64,000 nt of DNA from Octopus sinensis (GCF_006345805.1 NC_043014.1:54250001-54314000), one strand, 5' to 3'. Numbered from the stretch's first letter, positions 26,753 to 41,150 are shown. The notes: generated by a model from the sequence alone, not told the origin. Program-made: numbers and translations.

Positions 26753-27430
26753 AACAAACGTGTATTCGTGTCTCACTGCTTCAGAGCCGGTGTAGGTTTG
26801 TTTACTTTCCGGTAAAACTAGTGGTTCGCCAAAAAAAGAACCGATAGAATAAGAAATAGATTTTGAATAATTATTGGAATCCTTCAGAGCAGTGCTCCAG
26901 CGTGACCGCGGTCCTATAACTAAAACAAGCAAAAGAACAATAGAAACTCCAGGTCTACCGCCACCACCACTACAACCAAATTCCACGAAAACTAATAAAG
27001 TACGGCTAAAACATTTGAGCGGCATAAAACGTTCCGTTTTAAGTTGTTTGTGAATTCTTTCTTTCATCGCGACCAGAACCTCGTCGGCAGGTTTTTTCAT
27101 ATACGAAAAGGAGGGGGTGGAATGGGTAATACCAAAAAGGGGGATGCAAGAACTGTTTGCGTTGTTTTGTGATTTGGAGAAGAAAAAGAATGGAATAAAA
27201 AAAAGATATTGAAGTTCATAGCAGAGAACAACCCGCGCTTCTTTTTTAATATATTCCGTTTTCATTTGTAAAAGAAAAAATCATGTCCACATCACAAAGA
27301 AGCAACACAAACAGTCCTTGCTTCCTTTTTAATATAACCAAACTCAAAAAGAAAAAGAAAAAGCAGTCCATATATCGCTTCTTATATTTGTATATATATA
27401 TAGATGTGGGTGTATATGTATGTGTGTAGA

Positions 27431-27432
27431 TG

Positions 27433-27503
<71 letters not shown>

Positions 27504-27517
27504 GGATATAGATAAAT

Positions 27518-27613
<96 letters not shown>
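27431..27613. repeat. (GATA)n microsatellite
   Basis: Direct reading. Confidence 0.97.
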
Positions 27614-30600
27614 TGTTTGTGACTTGAGATTCGTTTTAGTAACGAGTAAAGAAAAACAAACAGAAAAGCTTGCAAGGATGTCGCTGAAGATTTGACGCCG
27701 CTAAAATATATTTTAAACATAAACTAATTAATTGTCGGTGTCGGTGAAGGGAGTTGGTTACGAGGAACAAATAAATCTTTTCCTACAAAGAAACTCTAAA
27801 TAACTAAATGATTGTCAAACAAAATGAAACCGACCGGAAGTGATGGATCTTAGGAACGGCTTTCCTTTTACACTTTTTTATTTTCTATGTCGTTAATCAG
27901 ATTTTCTCATTTAATATACAAAGAAAAGAGAGAGAGGAAAACGGACAGAAACGCGATGGCGGGGAAGCAATTAAATTAAGAGTTTTGTTTTGCCTATAGT
28001 AACAACCTAAATGGTTGGCTTTATATCTTAATTAAAGTTTACCGTCAAGCTCAAACTGGCTTTCTAAAAAGAGAGCTGGTGGAATGGCCATTGATTGTTC
28101 AGTTGAAATAGTTTGATTAACGGGGAAGTAAAGGAGACGAGGAACCACCCGAATGATCAATAGGCCGTCACAAAGGAAAACAAAAGACGGAATGGTAAAC
28201 AGTAAGAGAAAATGTAAATGGGTTTGTCATTAAGAGGAGTTTGGACAGTTTGGCTAAATTATACTGAAGTAACCACAAAGGGAGACGGCAGAGATGACCG
28301 GACGGAACAGTGTAATGATTGGATGAGCTGATATCTGACCGTTGGGCATAAATATCTACAGATGAAAAAAAGTTAGAGAAATACAAGCAAAATAGAAATA
28401 GGTGGGGTGGGGTGGGGGTGATCGATTTAATTTTATTTTTCTAATTTATTTCTTCAGGACGCTGAAACAGACAAAATGCTTAGCGGTAGTTCATCCAGGT
28501 CTTTACGTTTTGAGTTCAAATCCCGGCGAGGTCAACTCTACCCTTCATCTTCCAAGGTTGATAAAATAAAGTGCCAATCAAGTACTGGATCGATGTGACT
28601 AACAACTGCCCTAACCCTTGTGCAAAAACTAGAACTATTATAGGATTGGTAGAATGGTGTGAGCAACCTGTGTTTAAAGTTCACTTTTCAATGCTTGCAT
28701 GACTCAGATGAAGTTGGTTGAGGCAGATTTTCTTCGGCCAAATGCCCTTCCTGTCGCCAAACCTCACCCCCTTGTTTCCAAGCAAGATATTTCCCCATGG
28801 TAGACTGTAACGGCGGTGATGCTCACTTATAACCATCGCAAGGTGTCAAACCAATGGTACACACACACACATGGCTGTAAAGGCTATAGAAGCTACATTT
28901 TAAGTACAGACAGACACCATACTGCCTTAAGAAGGCCGGGTAAAATCTGAAGCCGATTTGCCTGCAGACCGCCGAAAGGCTTCCAAAGTTGCTGACGCAC
29001 GAGTCTGATAAGATGAGATCCCACACGCTGCACGTGACTTTGAGTCTCGCGATATTCTAAATCTCGAGTTAAAATGTCCTTTGACTCAGGACAACGCAGA
29101 AACCTCTTCGTGATCTCTCAACGCAGCTAAAACTAGCAGCCAAATCCTTCTCAAATCATGCTACTCTCTTAAATACAGCAGGACAGCTTGGTTAAAATCG
29201 CCCTAGATACGCTACATCTGAAAATAAGACGAGATTGTCAAGGCCGGAGTGTCATGGATCGTAGGTCAGCTTGATCGAGGGCAACATCAACAACTTTCTT
29301 CGACTTAACGGTCCCCAGTTGCCCAGAATCCCAGGTTTTCTACCAGTGAAAACAAAACGCTGCAACTTCCCATTTTTTCTTCTCCCAGACCCTATGACCC
29401 CTAAATTATCAATATGCAAGGGGGAAAAACATTTCTTTATCTTTTTTCAGCCTAATTACAAATAAGAGGATATGTTTGATGCCAAATATTAAACGTCCTT
29501 ACATCTCATCTTTCACTGGTTTCCGTCAAGGGTTGTGTCCAGATTAAAGGACCACCTCCAAAGAGTTAAAGTCGATCATATTGAATCCAACACTTAGTTC
29601 GGTCTGGTATTATATTTATTGAGTAATTAAGTTACCTTATTGTATCAAAAACAAAAACATGCACACGAGTCTGGTTTCTTCATACCAAATCCCACCCACA
29701 AAACTATTGATTAAACCCAGAATCGCAGAGTTGAAAAGCGAGCTTCCCAACCGCTAAGCCATGCTTGCGTCTGTTTGTGAGTGTGTCTATAAATTATTCA
29801 AATTTCAATAATTCTACGACAATTGCCAGTTAGAAAATTGCCAGCCTGCAATAATAACGTTGTTGAAACCGTTAAAGCTTTGTCGAATCTGTTAATCTTT
29901 CTCATTTCCTTCTAATTAGGTGTTATTATTTGAAACGTCAACAATTATTAACAAATGCCATTCTAGGGTTAAATCAAAATGAACACATCTGCTCACGGGT
30001 AAAACCATTCTATTGACGAATTCTCATTCTCGTACGGTAGGGGGAAGTGATGAATAAATGTTTACCATTTTCAATAACTAAAAATAATGGTTTCTTACGT
30101 TGTCTGATTCCAAACGGGAAGAGAATGGAGAGGTATGAAAGAATTGTGGATAAGAAATTCCGTCCGTTCAGATGATTGTTTCAGTGCTACTTGCACTGGC
30201 GGCCAAGTGGCAATATCATCGAGAGTGTCCAAATTTCTTATGGCTCTGAGTTCAAATCCCGCTATGGTAATCTTTGCCTTGGATTCGGTAAATAAAGTAC
30301 CAGTCAAGTATTGGAGTCAATTTCTTCTCTCTCTCTCTCTCTAATTTGACAACATTGAAGAGAGTAAAAGAGAAAAAAACCCAAAATGGTTCCAAACTAC
30401 AGCCTCAGCAATTCTCTCCCAGGCACTCTTTGGACTCGGCGGGAAAAAAAAGGAATGTCATCTTATAAATAGCAATTAAAAGATTTTACAGAAAATATTT
30501 TTAAAATAGCCACAAAAAGGAAGAAGCTTTTATATGATCGCTCGATCCACTGGATGGAAATAGCTGCCAAATCTTCGACAAACCATTCTTTACTGTCTTA

Positions 30601-32660
30601 AAGGTGGGGGATCCAGAATGATGTAGTTTTCAATGAGTCATCAACCATCTAATCGGAAAGCTGTGGTTAAATGCAAACAGTCTGAGGAGGTCAGACCACA
30701 ACAGAACAGCGGACAAAGTACACTGATGGGAATGCGAGGAAATCCTTAAATGGCCGATATGTCAGGATCCCAAGGAAGCGCAGTATATGAGACAATCCGT
30801 GGATTTCGAATATAAATTTAGAGACGTGAGGGACACCAGACAAAACGACAGCAACCTTACATAAAGACGGGATATGATCAAAACTTGAATGCTTTTGATC
30901 ATAGTATTGCACATTCAGGACCGACCTGGGGTTAAACAACAACCCCTCACATAGATCCGTGTCGGGGAGTTTCTACCAACAAAATGTTTTGATTCGTGTA
31001 GTTATCCTGATATGCCCACCAAGAGCGAACATTTTGGACAGAGATAGGTAAATGATTCGTCTTTTACATTTTGATCATCTAAAACAGAAATGGCGAACCC
31101 TGTCAGTCATCGGTGAATTTTCAACCGCATTCAAGTTTGAAGATACCCAGAGACGAGGTACTATAGAGAGAGGGGAAAAAACTTGAAGCCTTAAGACCCA
31201 AAACAGTAATTTAAGATTCGTTATTTTTCTCAGCACAGATGAGTCTTCCGAGTTTTATATGCACTTTTAATATGCCCCAGGTGTAAATAAATGGTTCCCA
31301 AACCCCATCTAAAGGAATCATCACCATCATCATCGTCGTCGTCCTCGTCCGCTTTCCATGCTGATATGAATTAGCGTTTTAACAGGAACCAACGGATTGG
31401 AGAAGCATGTCTTGCTTCAGTGTCACAGTTTCGACACGATTTCTAAGGCTGGATGCTCTCGCTCATATCAACCACTTTACGGTGTTTTGAATGCAATTTT
31501 CGTGGCACCAGCACCAATGGAGTTATCTTGTAACTTGCAAGACTGAAGAAACCTTCGGCGACTGAGAGAGAGGATAGAAAATTGGATGAAGGTTTTGAGC
31601 AGACGAGAAGGGAGAGGGGCGCAAGAGCAGGACACTATTCGTGGAGGAAACTTATATAGTTACTTAAGTATTTTACATGAGTGGATGGGAGAGACTGGAG
31701 AGGGGCTCAAACAGGGGAAGTAAAAACGGCGATGATGAAGTACTAGTGCGTCCCGCTCGTAGTTCAAGAGAGGAAAAGATGAGAGTGAGACACAGAGGAA
31801 TGAAGGAGAGGGGGGTGGGGTTAGAAAACAAGGGTAAACTATGCAGAGGGTTTGTTATAGAAAAAAACGCAATATAAATGACAATTATTAGGCTTCAACA
31901 GCAGTGAATGGATGGCGAAGGTTAAGATCTTGGTCCCCGGCGCCAAACAGATTATTGGTGCCTAAAGCAAAGAATGCTTCCAACTTATAAGCTTATGGAA
32001 TCGGAGTTTATGCGGTTCTTTTTAGAGTGTTTAGTCTGACTGTGTCAATGTCCAGGCAGAGATGCTAACTCGAATTCTTGTTCGGAGGCGGGAATCTGAG
32101 CAGTTCAATGTCAAAATGGGCGTCAGGTAAGGCGGTGCGCTTGGTCATGCATTGTTTAATGTTTTCATCTGTGCGACGGAAAATCTGTCTGTGTGTGTAT
32201 ATTAGCTATTCAGCTTTTAAAGTTACATAAGTGACTCGAGAATCGAGAGCTTCGTGGTATTGTATTTATCAAACTGTGTGTGTGTCTGTGTGTGTTTTGT
32301 GCGTTCGTGCGCGAATGTATCAAAGAATTAGCGTGAAAACGGGGGCGGCTTCGCTTTATAGTTTCAATTCACTCTCTGCCAGAACCAGACATTGACTAGA
32401 GCCGACCAAATAATATAGTAACCATCCTCTTCAAATATGTGTAGCGAAAACGTCCACGAAAATGTGAAAATAATGAAAAAGAAAGCCAGCCGTGCCGGCC
32501 TATAATTAAACTGCGATCCAACAGTTTTGTTACGAGTTAAATTTGGAGAATGTTTTTGTTTTTAATTCTCTCGACAAAGTTCGATCGATAAAATATGCTT
32601 CTTCATCTGTCGTTCTGAATAAACCTACAAACTTGCCGTGGTATGATGATTATTATTGGA

Positions 32661-32719
<59 letters not shown>

Positions 32720-33225
32720 CAAACAAAAAGCCAGTTTTGTTCGCCAGTTTCCTCTCCGTTTACAAAAGAAACCTTTAAAAGCTAAAACATTATAGAAGTG
32801 ACTCATCGAAATAGTAACGGTTTTAAATAAAAATTCCTGGAATCAGCGGGGAAGGGGGAGACTGATTTAAAAGTGGCGGGGGCGGAGAATTTTTAACTAA
32901 ATACAATGAGAAAGACAGACAGACAGACAGACAGGAAGGGAGAGAGACAGACAGACAGACGGGGAGGGTGGGAGAGAATAAAATTGCAATGATTAAACTT
33001 GGTAACCTTCGGTTGTAAAACACTGACAGAATATCGTTGTTCCAAGGTGACACCAAATCGTTATTATAAAAGACCACGCTTCTATATCGATTGGCTTCTG
33101 AAAAGGTTTTGGAATTTTGGAACATTCCTCGAAAAGTGTAAAGTTCCATGTTCCGTGTCTAGTCATACATCGTCTCAAATGATTTCATATCCTGAAGTCT
33201 TAACGATTTGAAATTCAATACCTAA

Positions 33226-33620
33226 ACTATATACATATACATACACGCATACACACATACACACACATACATACATACATACATACATACATACATACAT
33301 ACAAACATACATACATACACACACACATACACACACACATACATACACACATACATACATACACACACACACATACATACATAAATACATACATACATAC
33401 ACACACACATACATACACACATACATACACACACATACATACATACAAACACATATATACACACACATACACACACACACACATACATACATACACACAT
33501 ACATACATACATACATACACACACACATACATACACACACACATACATACATACAAACACACACACACACATACATACATACATACAAACACACACACAC
33601 ATACATACATACATACATAA
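33226..33620. repeat. (CATA)n/(CA)n compound microsatellite
   Basis: Direct reading; source of three overlapping M/Y/V/C ORFs. Confidence 0.97.
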
Positions 33621-35834
33621 ATATCCCGGATTCACCCGTATTGATAAACGTAAACCAGTGATTTGTTTGTTTTTGCTATGTCATGTCGTGTGTGTCTGTG
33701 TGTAACAAAATAAAACTTAGAAGACGTTTCAATCGAATTCCGTATGTGTCTACGGTGCCAAGGATTGTCTTCGGTGGCGGGGAGGGGGGGAACAGGATGC
33801 TGATGATGTTATCACGTGTGATTCTTGTGGAATCTTCCGGCTATGTGGTGCAGCAAATGGATTTGTTTCGGTGCAAAAAGTTAATCTGATTTTATCAAGT
33901 GAGTAGTAAACCAATTCTTTAAACGTCTGGCATCTTTAAAAGATGACCGTTGGACCACCTTTGAAAGGCTTTCAACCCCACCCCCAACCCCAATTAAGTA
34001 GGGGTCCATGTGTCATAAGGAACCTCCCTCCGACTCTGGCCTGGTTGCGTCTACTCATGTTCTCCCCATTGACAACGCGTGGGTAGCGTCTGTTGATACG
34101 ACGGGAAAGTGAAAAGACATGGATTGACCCGAGATTTGAACCTACATCAAATCGCACACACTCGGTTTCGAACGAAGTCCCTACCAATATCCAGATGTTC
34201 AACTTTTTAAATAGTGAAATATTTCAAATAAAGAAAACATACGAATTCCTGTCTTTGTTATTGGTTGATTGTTAACCAATATTTGATAATTTTCTTCTCT
34301 GTTCAAAAATCGAAATATTTGCTGCAAGTGGCAACAAGAAAAATGCAAATTTTAACCCGTTTTGAAGGACCCTGCTTCAATTGCACTATTTGCATAATGT
34401 ATGGCAAACTCAACACTTGAAGGGTGAGGGGAGACATAATCTATCTCTTTTGTTGCCTTAAGTACATGGGTTTGGCGGTAAAACATTTAAAATTCCAATA
34501 ATACATTCGAGACGTGAATGGAATTGTAATAGAAGACAAGATAACTTTCTTCCACAAAGCGGCGAATGACCGGTGCTCTTTGACCAAAAATCCACCGAGT
34601 TTAGGCGTTCCATGTCAAAAATGTAATGAACCAGAAGTTGGCTGATCGGAGACTTATAATGAACGACCCTGGTGTTCAGAAATTATAATATAAAATGAAT
34701 GACTTGACTATTTTTCCTGTGTACGATAGAAAGGGAGGCATACAAAGAATTATTAGTGAGTGGGGAGGAGAGATGCTGGATTTAGGATAGAAATGAGTCA
34801 GTGGAAAGGTCAGCGGATGTGAAAGATGCAGAAAGAAAAGAAAAAGTCGAGAGAGAAGCGAAAGAGTTATACGCTGACATTATAAACTGGAATTCATGAT
34901 GGATGTGACGTCAGCCGGAGTTCATCTCATGAAATCTGACCCCAAACTGCCGAAATAAGCGTTCAATACAAACATGGATTAAATGAATACCAATTATCTC
35001 GTTGGGATTCGACGAATATTCATTCTTTGGTCTGGAGTTTCCTTCGTAGTCGCAGCAGAAGCGGGTTTCTTACAAACGCACCAGATTTACGGCTACTCTC
35101 AGAACTCATTTGGTCACCAACCCAGTGAGGGAGCCTCTACATGGTTTTTTCATAATACCCGCTAGAAATAGCAACCAAATTTCCCTCAAGTTATATCCTA
35201 CCGTTTTCAATAAGGAAGGCGTGATATATGACCACCAAATGGTCATGGCTGGAATACCTTTGAGCATAGATCAGTCCGATTAGGGCTTGATAGGTTTATT
35301 AGCTCATAATATAAATCGACTCGAACTGGCAGAATCGTTAAAGTGTAGAAACAAAATGGCTGGCAGTAGTTGTTTCACTTCTTTTCACTCTGAATTCAAA
35401 TCCCATCAGGATCAACTCAGTTTTTTAAATATTTTTTTAATTTTCCAGGATCAACAAAATAAGGCATCGGCCCAAGACGGTTGATTGGTGAAATGTCAAA
35501 GCGTTGCACGAGATGTCTCGCGGCATTTTATTCCATTTCTATGTATTTTGAGGTTTAAGGTGAGAGACTTAATTCGTCACCCAGTTTAACACCACCACCA
35601 CCACCACCATCACCCGGTCCCTGAACGCGAAGTTCACTCTGTTGTAAGCATCCGGGTTCAGGCTCCGGTTCCAGGACATTCTCTCAACGTCTTATCACTT
35701 ACGGAAGCTGCTCTACTCTCCATGACTAATCATGAAGCAGATAATAAACAAATAAGATTGGCGAATTCAAGGCTGGCTTCCTCCTATTTTAAGAGGTAAA
35801 ATAAAAATGCCTGTGGTGTACGTCTGTACGTGTT

Positions 35835-35881
<47 letters not shown>

Positions 35882-36957
35882 TTACATACACCAGTCTATA
35901 TGATAACATCGGATACTATCTAGACAGTACATATAATATCAGCAGATGTTATAAATAGTTATATCACCATTGTATAGATACAAATAAATACTTGTATCAG
36001 AGGAGAACACGCAGATAGCAATACATCAATAAATGTGATGAATAATGATGTCACGTCCATAACTGCAGTAAGATCAGTCAAGTATTCGTACCCCACATAT
36101 ACAGAGATCAAATCCCTCCGAGGTCAACTTAAATCTTCCTCCTTTGGGGATTGGTTTGGTGTGGCATGATCGATTAACTACTTGCCCGTTTATACGCCAG
36201 GGATCTATTCAATCGACAATACTCTCCCCTACTGGTCTGTGGTTTTCTGCCAGTGAAAGAAGAAATCGTCATCATGGCCAACGACGATTTCTAAGTCAGT
36301 CACGGGCAAACTGCGGTCCGTGGGGCCGCTGAACGGTATCCAAAACAAAAAATTACTTTGAGTGTTTTTAGTAATAAACACTTATGGCTATGTCTGTGCG
36401 GGCCGCTTCGCGAAATGGTTGCACAAGCCCCATCTATGTGATCGCCCAGGATGCTAGAAATAACAGCTGAGTGCTCTCTTAAACCACAACCAAACCCACT
36501 TAAAAAGAGACGGACGCATTGGACAGTGTAATCCTAGATAAAATATGCCTTAATAAAAGTCGGGATGGTCACCACTGGAGTCATCCTTAATCTTAAGCCT
36601 GTTCGATCAAGGTCGACGAGGGGCAAACATGGACGTTAGTTACTGCGTATTCGGATTCATTGGGCCTCAACAACATTTCTGGAATGGGATAAAATGCGGG
36701 AACTGGTCACTTCACCTGCTAGAAATATCAGCTTGATCTCTCTCGAATCACACCCAACAACTTACAAACGGGAAGGAGACATTGGAAGACACAGTCCTAG
36801 GTACACTATGCCTGGAAGAAGAAAATGGACGGGATAGTAATAACTGAAACGTCTTTGTTTAATGGTGTGCTTGATCAGGATTGACCTGGGGTTAAACAAC
36901 AGACACAGACACGCGTGCATGAATATAATGTTTTATTTCTCATGTGATCATGCTGGA

Positions 36958-39360
36958 GCAATAAGGAAAAATTGTTGGTTTACAGAAGGAGAGCTCGAAG
37001 CTATCAAAAGACGGGTCGTGGAAAATAGCAGCAGAGATAACAATGAAAACAGAGTTCATACTAATAAGAGTAATCCCATAGCGCAGGAAAGGAGCAGTGG
37101 TAGTTTACTTGATGAGAGACATGTAGATGGTCTAAAAGAAGACGATGAAACTAAAGGTGGCATGACAGATGAACAAAAGGCAAACTACTACAGAATAAAG
37201 GCAAGACTACAGGAGAACGATAGCGATATTATTTCCAAAGTTAAGAAGGTTGATCGATGGAAATTGAACCAAGAAACGAAAAATGTCAATGAAATTCTGA
37301 AATAGATCAGAACAAACAACATCACAGCAACAAATAATTTGATCAAAGCAGCAAGCATTGTTATAGCAGAAAACGTGGTTGTTGATGTCAAGAAAAAGAA
37401 ACATAATGTTAGTGACAATAGAAAAGATCCATGGTGGAAAAAAGAAGGAATCCAGGCAGGGTTAGACATGCTCTCGAAGGAAATCTCTGTGTTAGACCGA
37501 AAAGAGAAAGGGGAACTTAAAAGCGAGCAAAAATACAGGGCGCTGAAAAGGACGTATAATATTGAAAGAAAGGGGCTGAAAGCGGTAGTGGAGGAACTGA
37601 AACAGTGCCTCGTTGCAAAGAAAGCAAAGGTGGTAAGATACGACCAAAGAATGAAGGGTTACCACCAGAATAGGTTATTCAGAGTTGATCAGAAGAGATT
37701 CTAGAAAGACATAAATGGAGAGTGTACAGATGAAAAGTTGTTACCAGATAACATTGAAAGTCAAAGGTCTTGGAGTGACATCTGGAGCAAAGACAAGGAG
37801 CACAAGAAGGATGCTGAATGGTTGCAAGAACTGAAATAAACAGTGGTCTGTCCAAAACAGACAGAACTAGTAATTTCAGTTAAGGAAGTGAAGGAAATCA
37901 GCATAAAAATGAGCAACTGGAAGGCCCTGGGACCAGATGGAGTTCAAGGCTACTGGATCAAAAGATTTGGTGAATGTCATGCACGAATAGCTGCGCAACT
38001 CAACACTTGGTCAAATGCCGACCAAGGAATACCAGAGTGGTTGACATTGGGTAGGACAGTCCTGTGCCTGAAAAACATCGAAAAAGGCAACATGGTACAC
38101 AATTACAGGCCGATATCCTGTTTGCCACTTATGTGAAAGTTATTGACTGGAATACTCGCGGAGTCAATGTACGAACATCTGGGGAAAAAATGGAGTCCTG
38201 CTACATGAGCGGAAGGGTTGCAAATGTAAGTGCAGAGATACCAAGGATCAACTCCTAATAGAGAAAACTGTACTTAGAGACTGCAAAAGGAGGAAAAGTA
38301 ACTTAGCCATGTCATGGATCGATTATCGTAAGGCGTACAATATGATCCCACATTCTTGGATTATGGAGTGTATGAACCTATTTGGCATTGCATCGAATGT
38401 TGAGCGATTGTTGGTAAAAGTATGGCGAATTGGAGGACGGACCTGACAGCACACGGAAGAAGTTTAGGGACAGTAGAAATTAAGAGGGGCATCTTCCAAG
38501 GGGGTTGCCTGTCCCCACTGATCTTTATACTGTACTTGATACCACTAACAGTGATTCTGAGGAAAGCAAAAGCTGGGTTTGTATTCAAAAGCCGCCAGCA
38601 AAAAGTCAACCATTTGTTATTCATGGATGATCTCAAACTTCATGGTAAAGATGAAGCCCGAGTCAGTTCCGTCATTGATACGGTGCATACCTTTAGTGCT
38701 GATATCAGAATGGAGTTCAGACTGAGAAAGTGTGGTGTGTTAGTCTTGGAAAGAGGCAAAAATCAAATGTATGGACGGGCTAACGATACCGTCGGGGGAG
38801 GTTATGAAGCAGATAGAAGAGACGGGCTATAAGTACTTGGGGATATTGGAAATGGATAAATTGATGGAGAAAGAAATGACAGAAAAATTTAAGGTGGAGT
38901 AATTGCGTCCACTGAGACTGATCCTTAAGTCGAAATTAAATGGATGGAATAAGATTGAAGCTATCAACACCTTAGACAAGGAAGTTGCTAACTAGATATG
39001 GGTCACTTCACCCAAAACGTGACACAGACAGACTGTAAGTACCAAGAAAAAGAGGGAGGAAGAGGACTTATTGGATGCGAACACAGCATTAGAGCAGAAG
39101 AAAACAACATAGCATGGTATGTAAAAAATGCCATGGAACCGCTATTATTAGAAGTAGGAAGGTCAGGCTTGCGTAGGATGGAAGATTGCAAAGATAAAGC
39201 ACTGTATAAGCAATTGAAAACGAATGAAACTGAAAATAGGTGGGTAAAGAAAAGAATGCATGGACAATTCAATAGGGATGTTGAAGATAAGACAGGCAGA
39301 AAAAAAAGATGGCTGTGGATGACTAAAAGTGATGTAAAATCGGAAACGAAGGCTCTAATC
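36958..39360 (+). mobile_element. R4/Dong-clade non-LTR retrotransposon, decayed and 3'-truncated
   Basis: [79 protein letters not shown] and KEGGRGLIG...W..K.MHGQF motifs across several frames with stops. An internal deletion lies near 38975, and the element ends in (CT)(CA)(TA) before the RLE domain. Confidence 0.9.
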
Positions 39361-39382
39361 CCCCCCTCTCTCTCTCTCTGTG

Positions 39383-39449
<67 letters not shown>

Positions 39450-39574
39450 TTTATGTGTGTGTATGTGTGACGTTTGTATGTATGTGTGACAGTCGTTTAA
39501 GAATCTGTAAGTCAGAAAAAAATACGCACTCGTATATTTGTAAACAGAGAGGATATATTAATATTGAAACAATA

Positions 39575-39801
39575 CAGTATTATCGATCTATATTTCAGCC
39601 AATCATATCAATCGGTTTCGCACCGGGCATTAAATAACCGGATATTAGATAACATTAGGGTTACGTAATACCACGTGCTCTGCAATCTCTAAAGAGCACG
39701 CAGTATTACTTAACCGTGCTGTTTTTTTTAATATATCCGGTTAATCAATATCCAGTGCGAAACCCATCGATATGATCGAAAGAAATCGATCTACAACACT
39801 G
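39575..39801. mobile_element. Palindromic Tc1/mariner-type MITE (227 bp)
   Basis: TA (39573-74) CAGT...ACTG TA (39802-03). The two arms of about 108 bp are imperfect reverse complements around an 11-nt centre (CGTGCTCT gcaatctctaa AGAGCACG). Confidence 0.8.
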
Positions 39802-39932
39802 TATACTTCGATTAGTATACATACAGTATCCAAACAAATGACAATTAAAGGTTGTTTTTGGTTTCCTTCGAGCTCAATACTCAGTACCCAGCCATTTCTG
39901 GCAACCTACTTGTAACTGATCTATCTATCTAT

Positions 39933-40135
39933 GTCGACCTCGGCGGAATTTGAACTCAATCCGTCTGTCGTTACGTTCTGAGTTCAAATCCTGCCGAGGT
40001 CGGCTTTGCCTTTCATCCTTTCGGGGTCGATTAAATAAAAGTACCAGGTTCGCACTGGGGTCGATCTGATCGACTTAATCCGTTTGTCTGTCCTTGTTTG
40101 TCCTTTCTATGTTTAGCCCCTTGTGGGCAATAAAG

Positions 40136-40139
<4 letters not shown>
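39933..40139 (+). mobile_element. 5'-truncated SINE family A with an inverted 26-bp fragment at its 5' end
   Basis: 39933-39958 is the reverse complement (23/26 matches) of 39979-40004; the standard family A body follows up to AAAGAAATA. Confidence 0.85.
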
Positions 40140-40190
<51 letters not shown>

Positions 40191-40814
40191 TACATACATA
40201 CATACATGCATACATACACACACACACACACACATAGTTATATCTATCGGCGGTAGTAGTTTCGTGGGTCAAAACCGTTGCAGCTTACATAGCACTACAT
40301 TATCTAATGTGATCTTCCTTTTTAAAAGAAAACTGTGTGGTTTGAATGCTATTTGACTGCTATTTCTAGCACGCGCAGTGAAACTTCGCCCACGTCTTTC
40401 AAGTACGATTGCGCTTTGCTTACCAAACCAGTGACTGAATCAAATACGTTACATACCTATAAACCAAATGATATTAAAGAATTTGTTTTTCTCAGCACAG
40501 ATATGTCCCCTAACCCCTACCTACTCTCCCACGCGTTCTCAATTCCACATGCAACATGATCCTGGTACGAAAAGGGTCTCTCCGTCCCCCACTCCACCCA
40601 CCCCCGCCTCACCCCATCGTTGACGTTATATGGTTCTTACGCTGGTTGTATAAAGCGTAGAGTTATGTGTCGAAAACACCTTCTTCACTCTTGACCTTGC
40701 TCTTCAGCACCGCCCACGCACACACACAATACATGTGTATCACATCCACATAGACCCACCGATTCTCGCATACGGACTCTCTTGTTAGTTGCGCCTCAAA
40801 TCCCACCCCTGCCA

Positions 40815-41150
40815 GGAATAACAACTAAAATCTCCCTGTCAGAAACAGAAGTCAAATCTCCCTCAAATCACACGCTACAAGAAATAGCAGCCAAATCTCC
40901 CTCAAATCACGCCCTATCCAGAAATAGCAGCCAAATGTCCCTCAAATCACACACTGCCAGAAATAGCAGCCAATTCTCCCACAAATCACGCCCTGCCAGA
41001 AACAGCAGCCAAATCTCCCTCAAATCACGCCCTGTCCAGAAATAGCAGCCAAATCTCCCACAAATCACGCCCTGCTAGAAATAGCAGCCAATTCTCCTTC
41101 GAATCACACTACCAGAAATAACAACCGATTCTCCTTCGAATCATACCCTT
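40815..41150 (+). repeat. Tandem array of about 8-9 units of 37-40 bp derived from dispersed repeat family D
   Basis: Unit GAAATAGCAGCCAAATCTCCCTCAAATCACGCCCTGCCA. The same motif occurs singly at many sites (e.g. 12270, 29135, 35160, 36720, 44310, 52255). Confidence 0.9.

Noticed and set aside
26417-27265. 282-aa minus-strand ORF
   Set aside because: It is a composite of family B and C repeat pieces and (TA)/(CA)/(CAT) microsatellites, with no coherent protein motif.
40815-41150. CRISPR-like array
   Set aside because: The units are head-to-tail with no unique spacers, in a eukaryotic context, and derive from a dispersed repeat.
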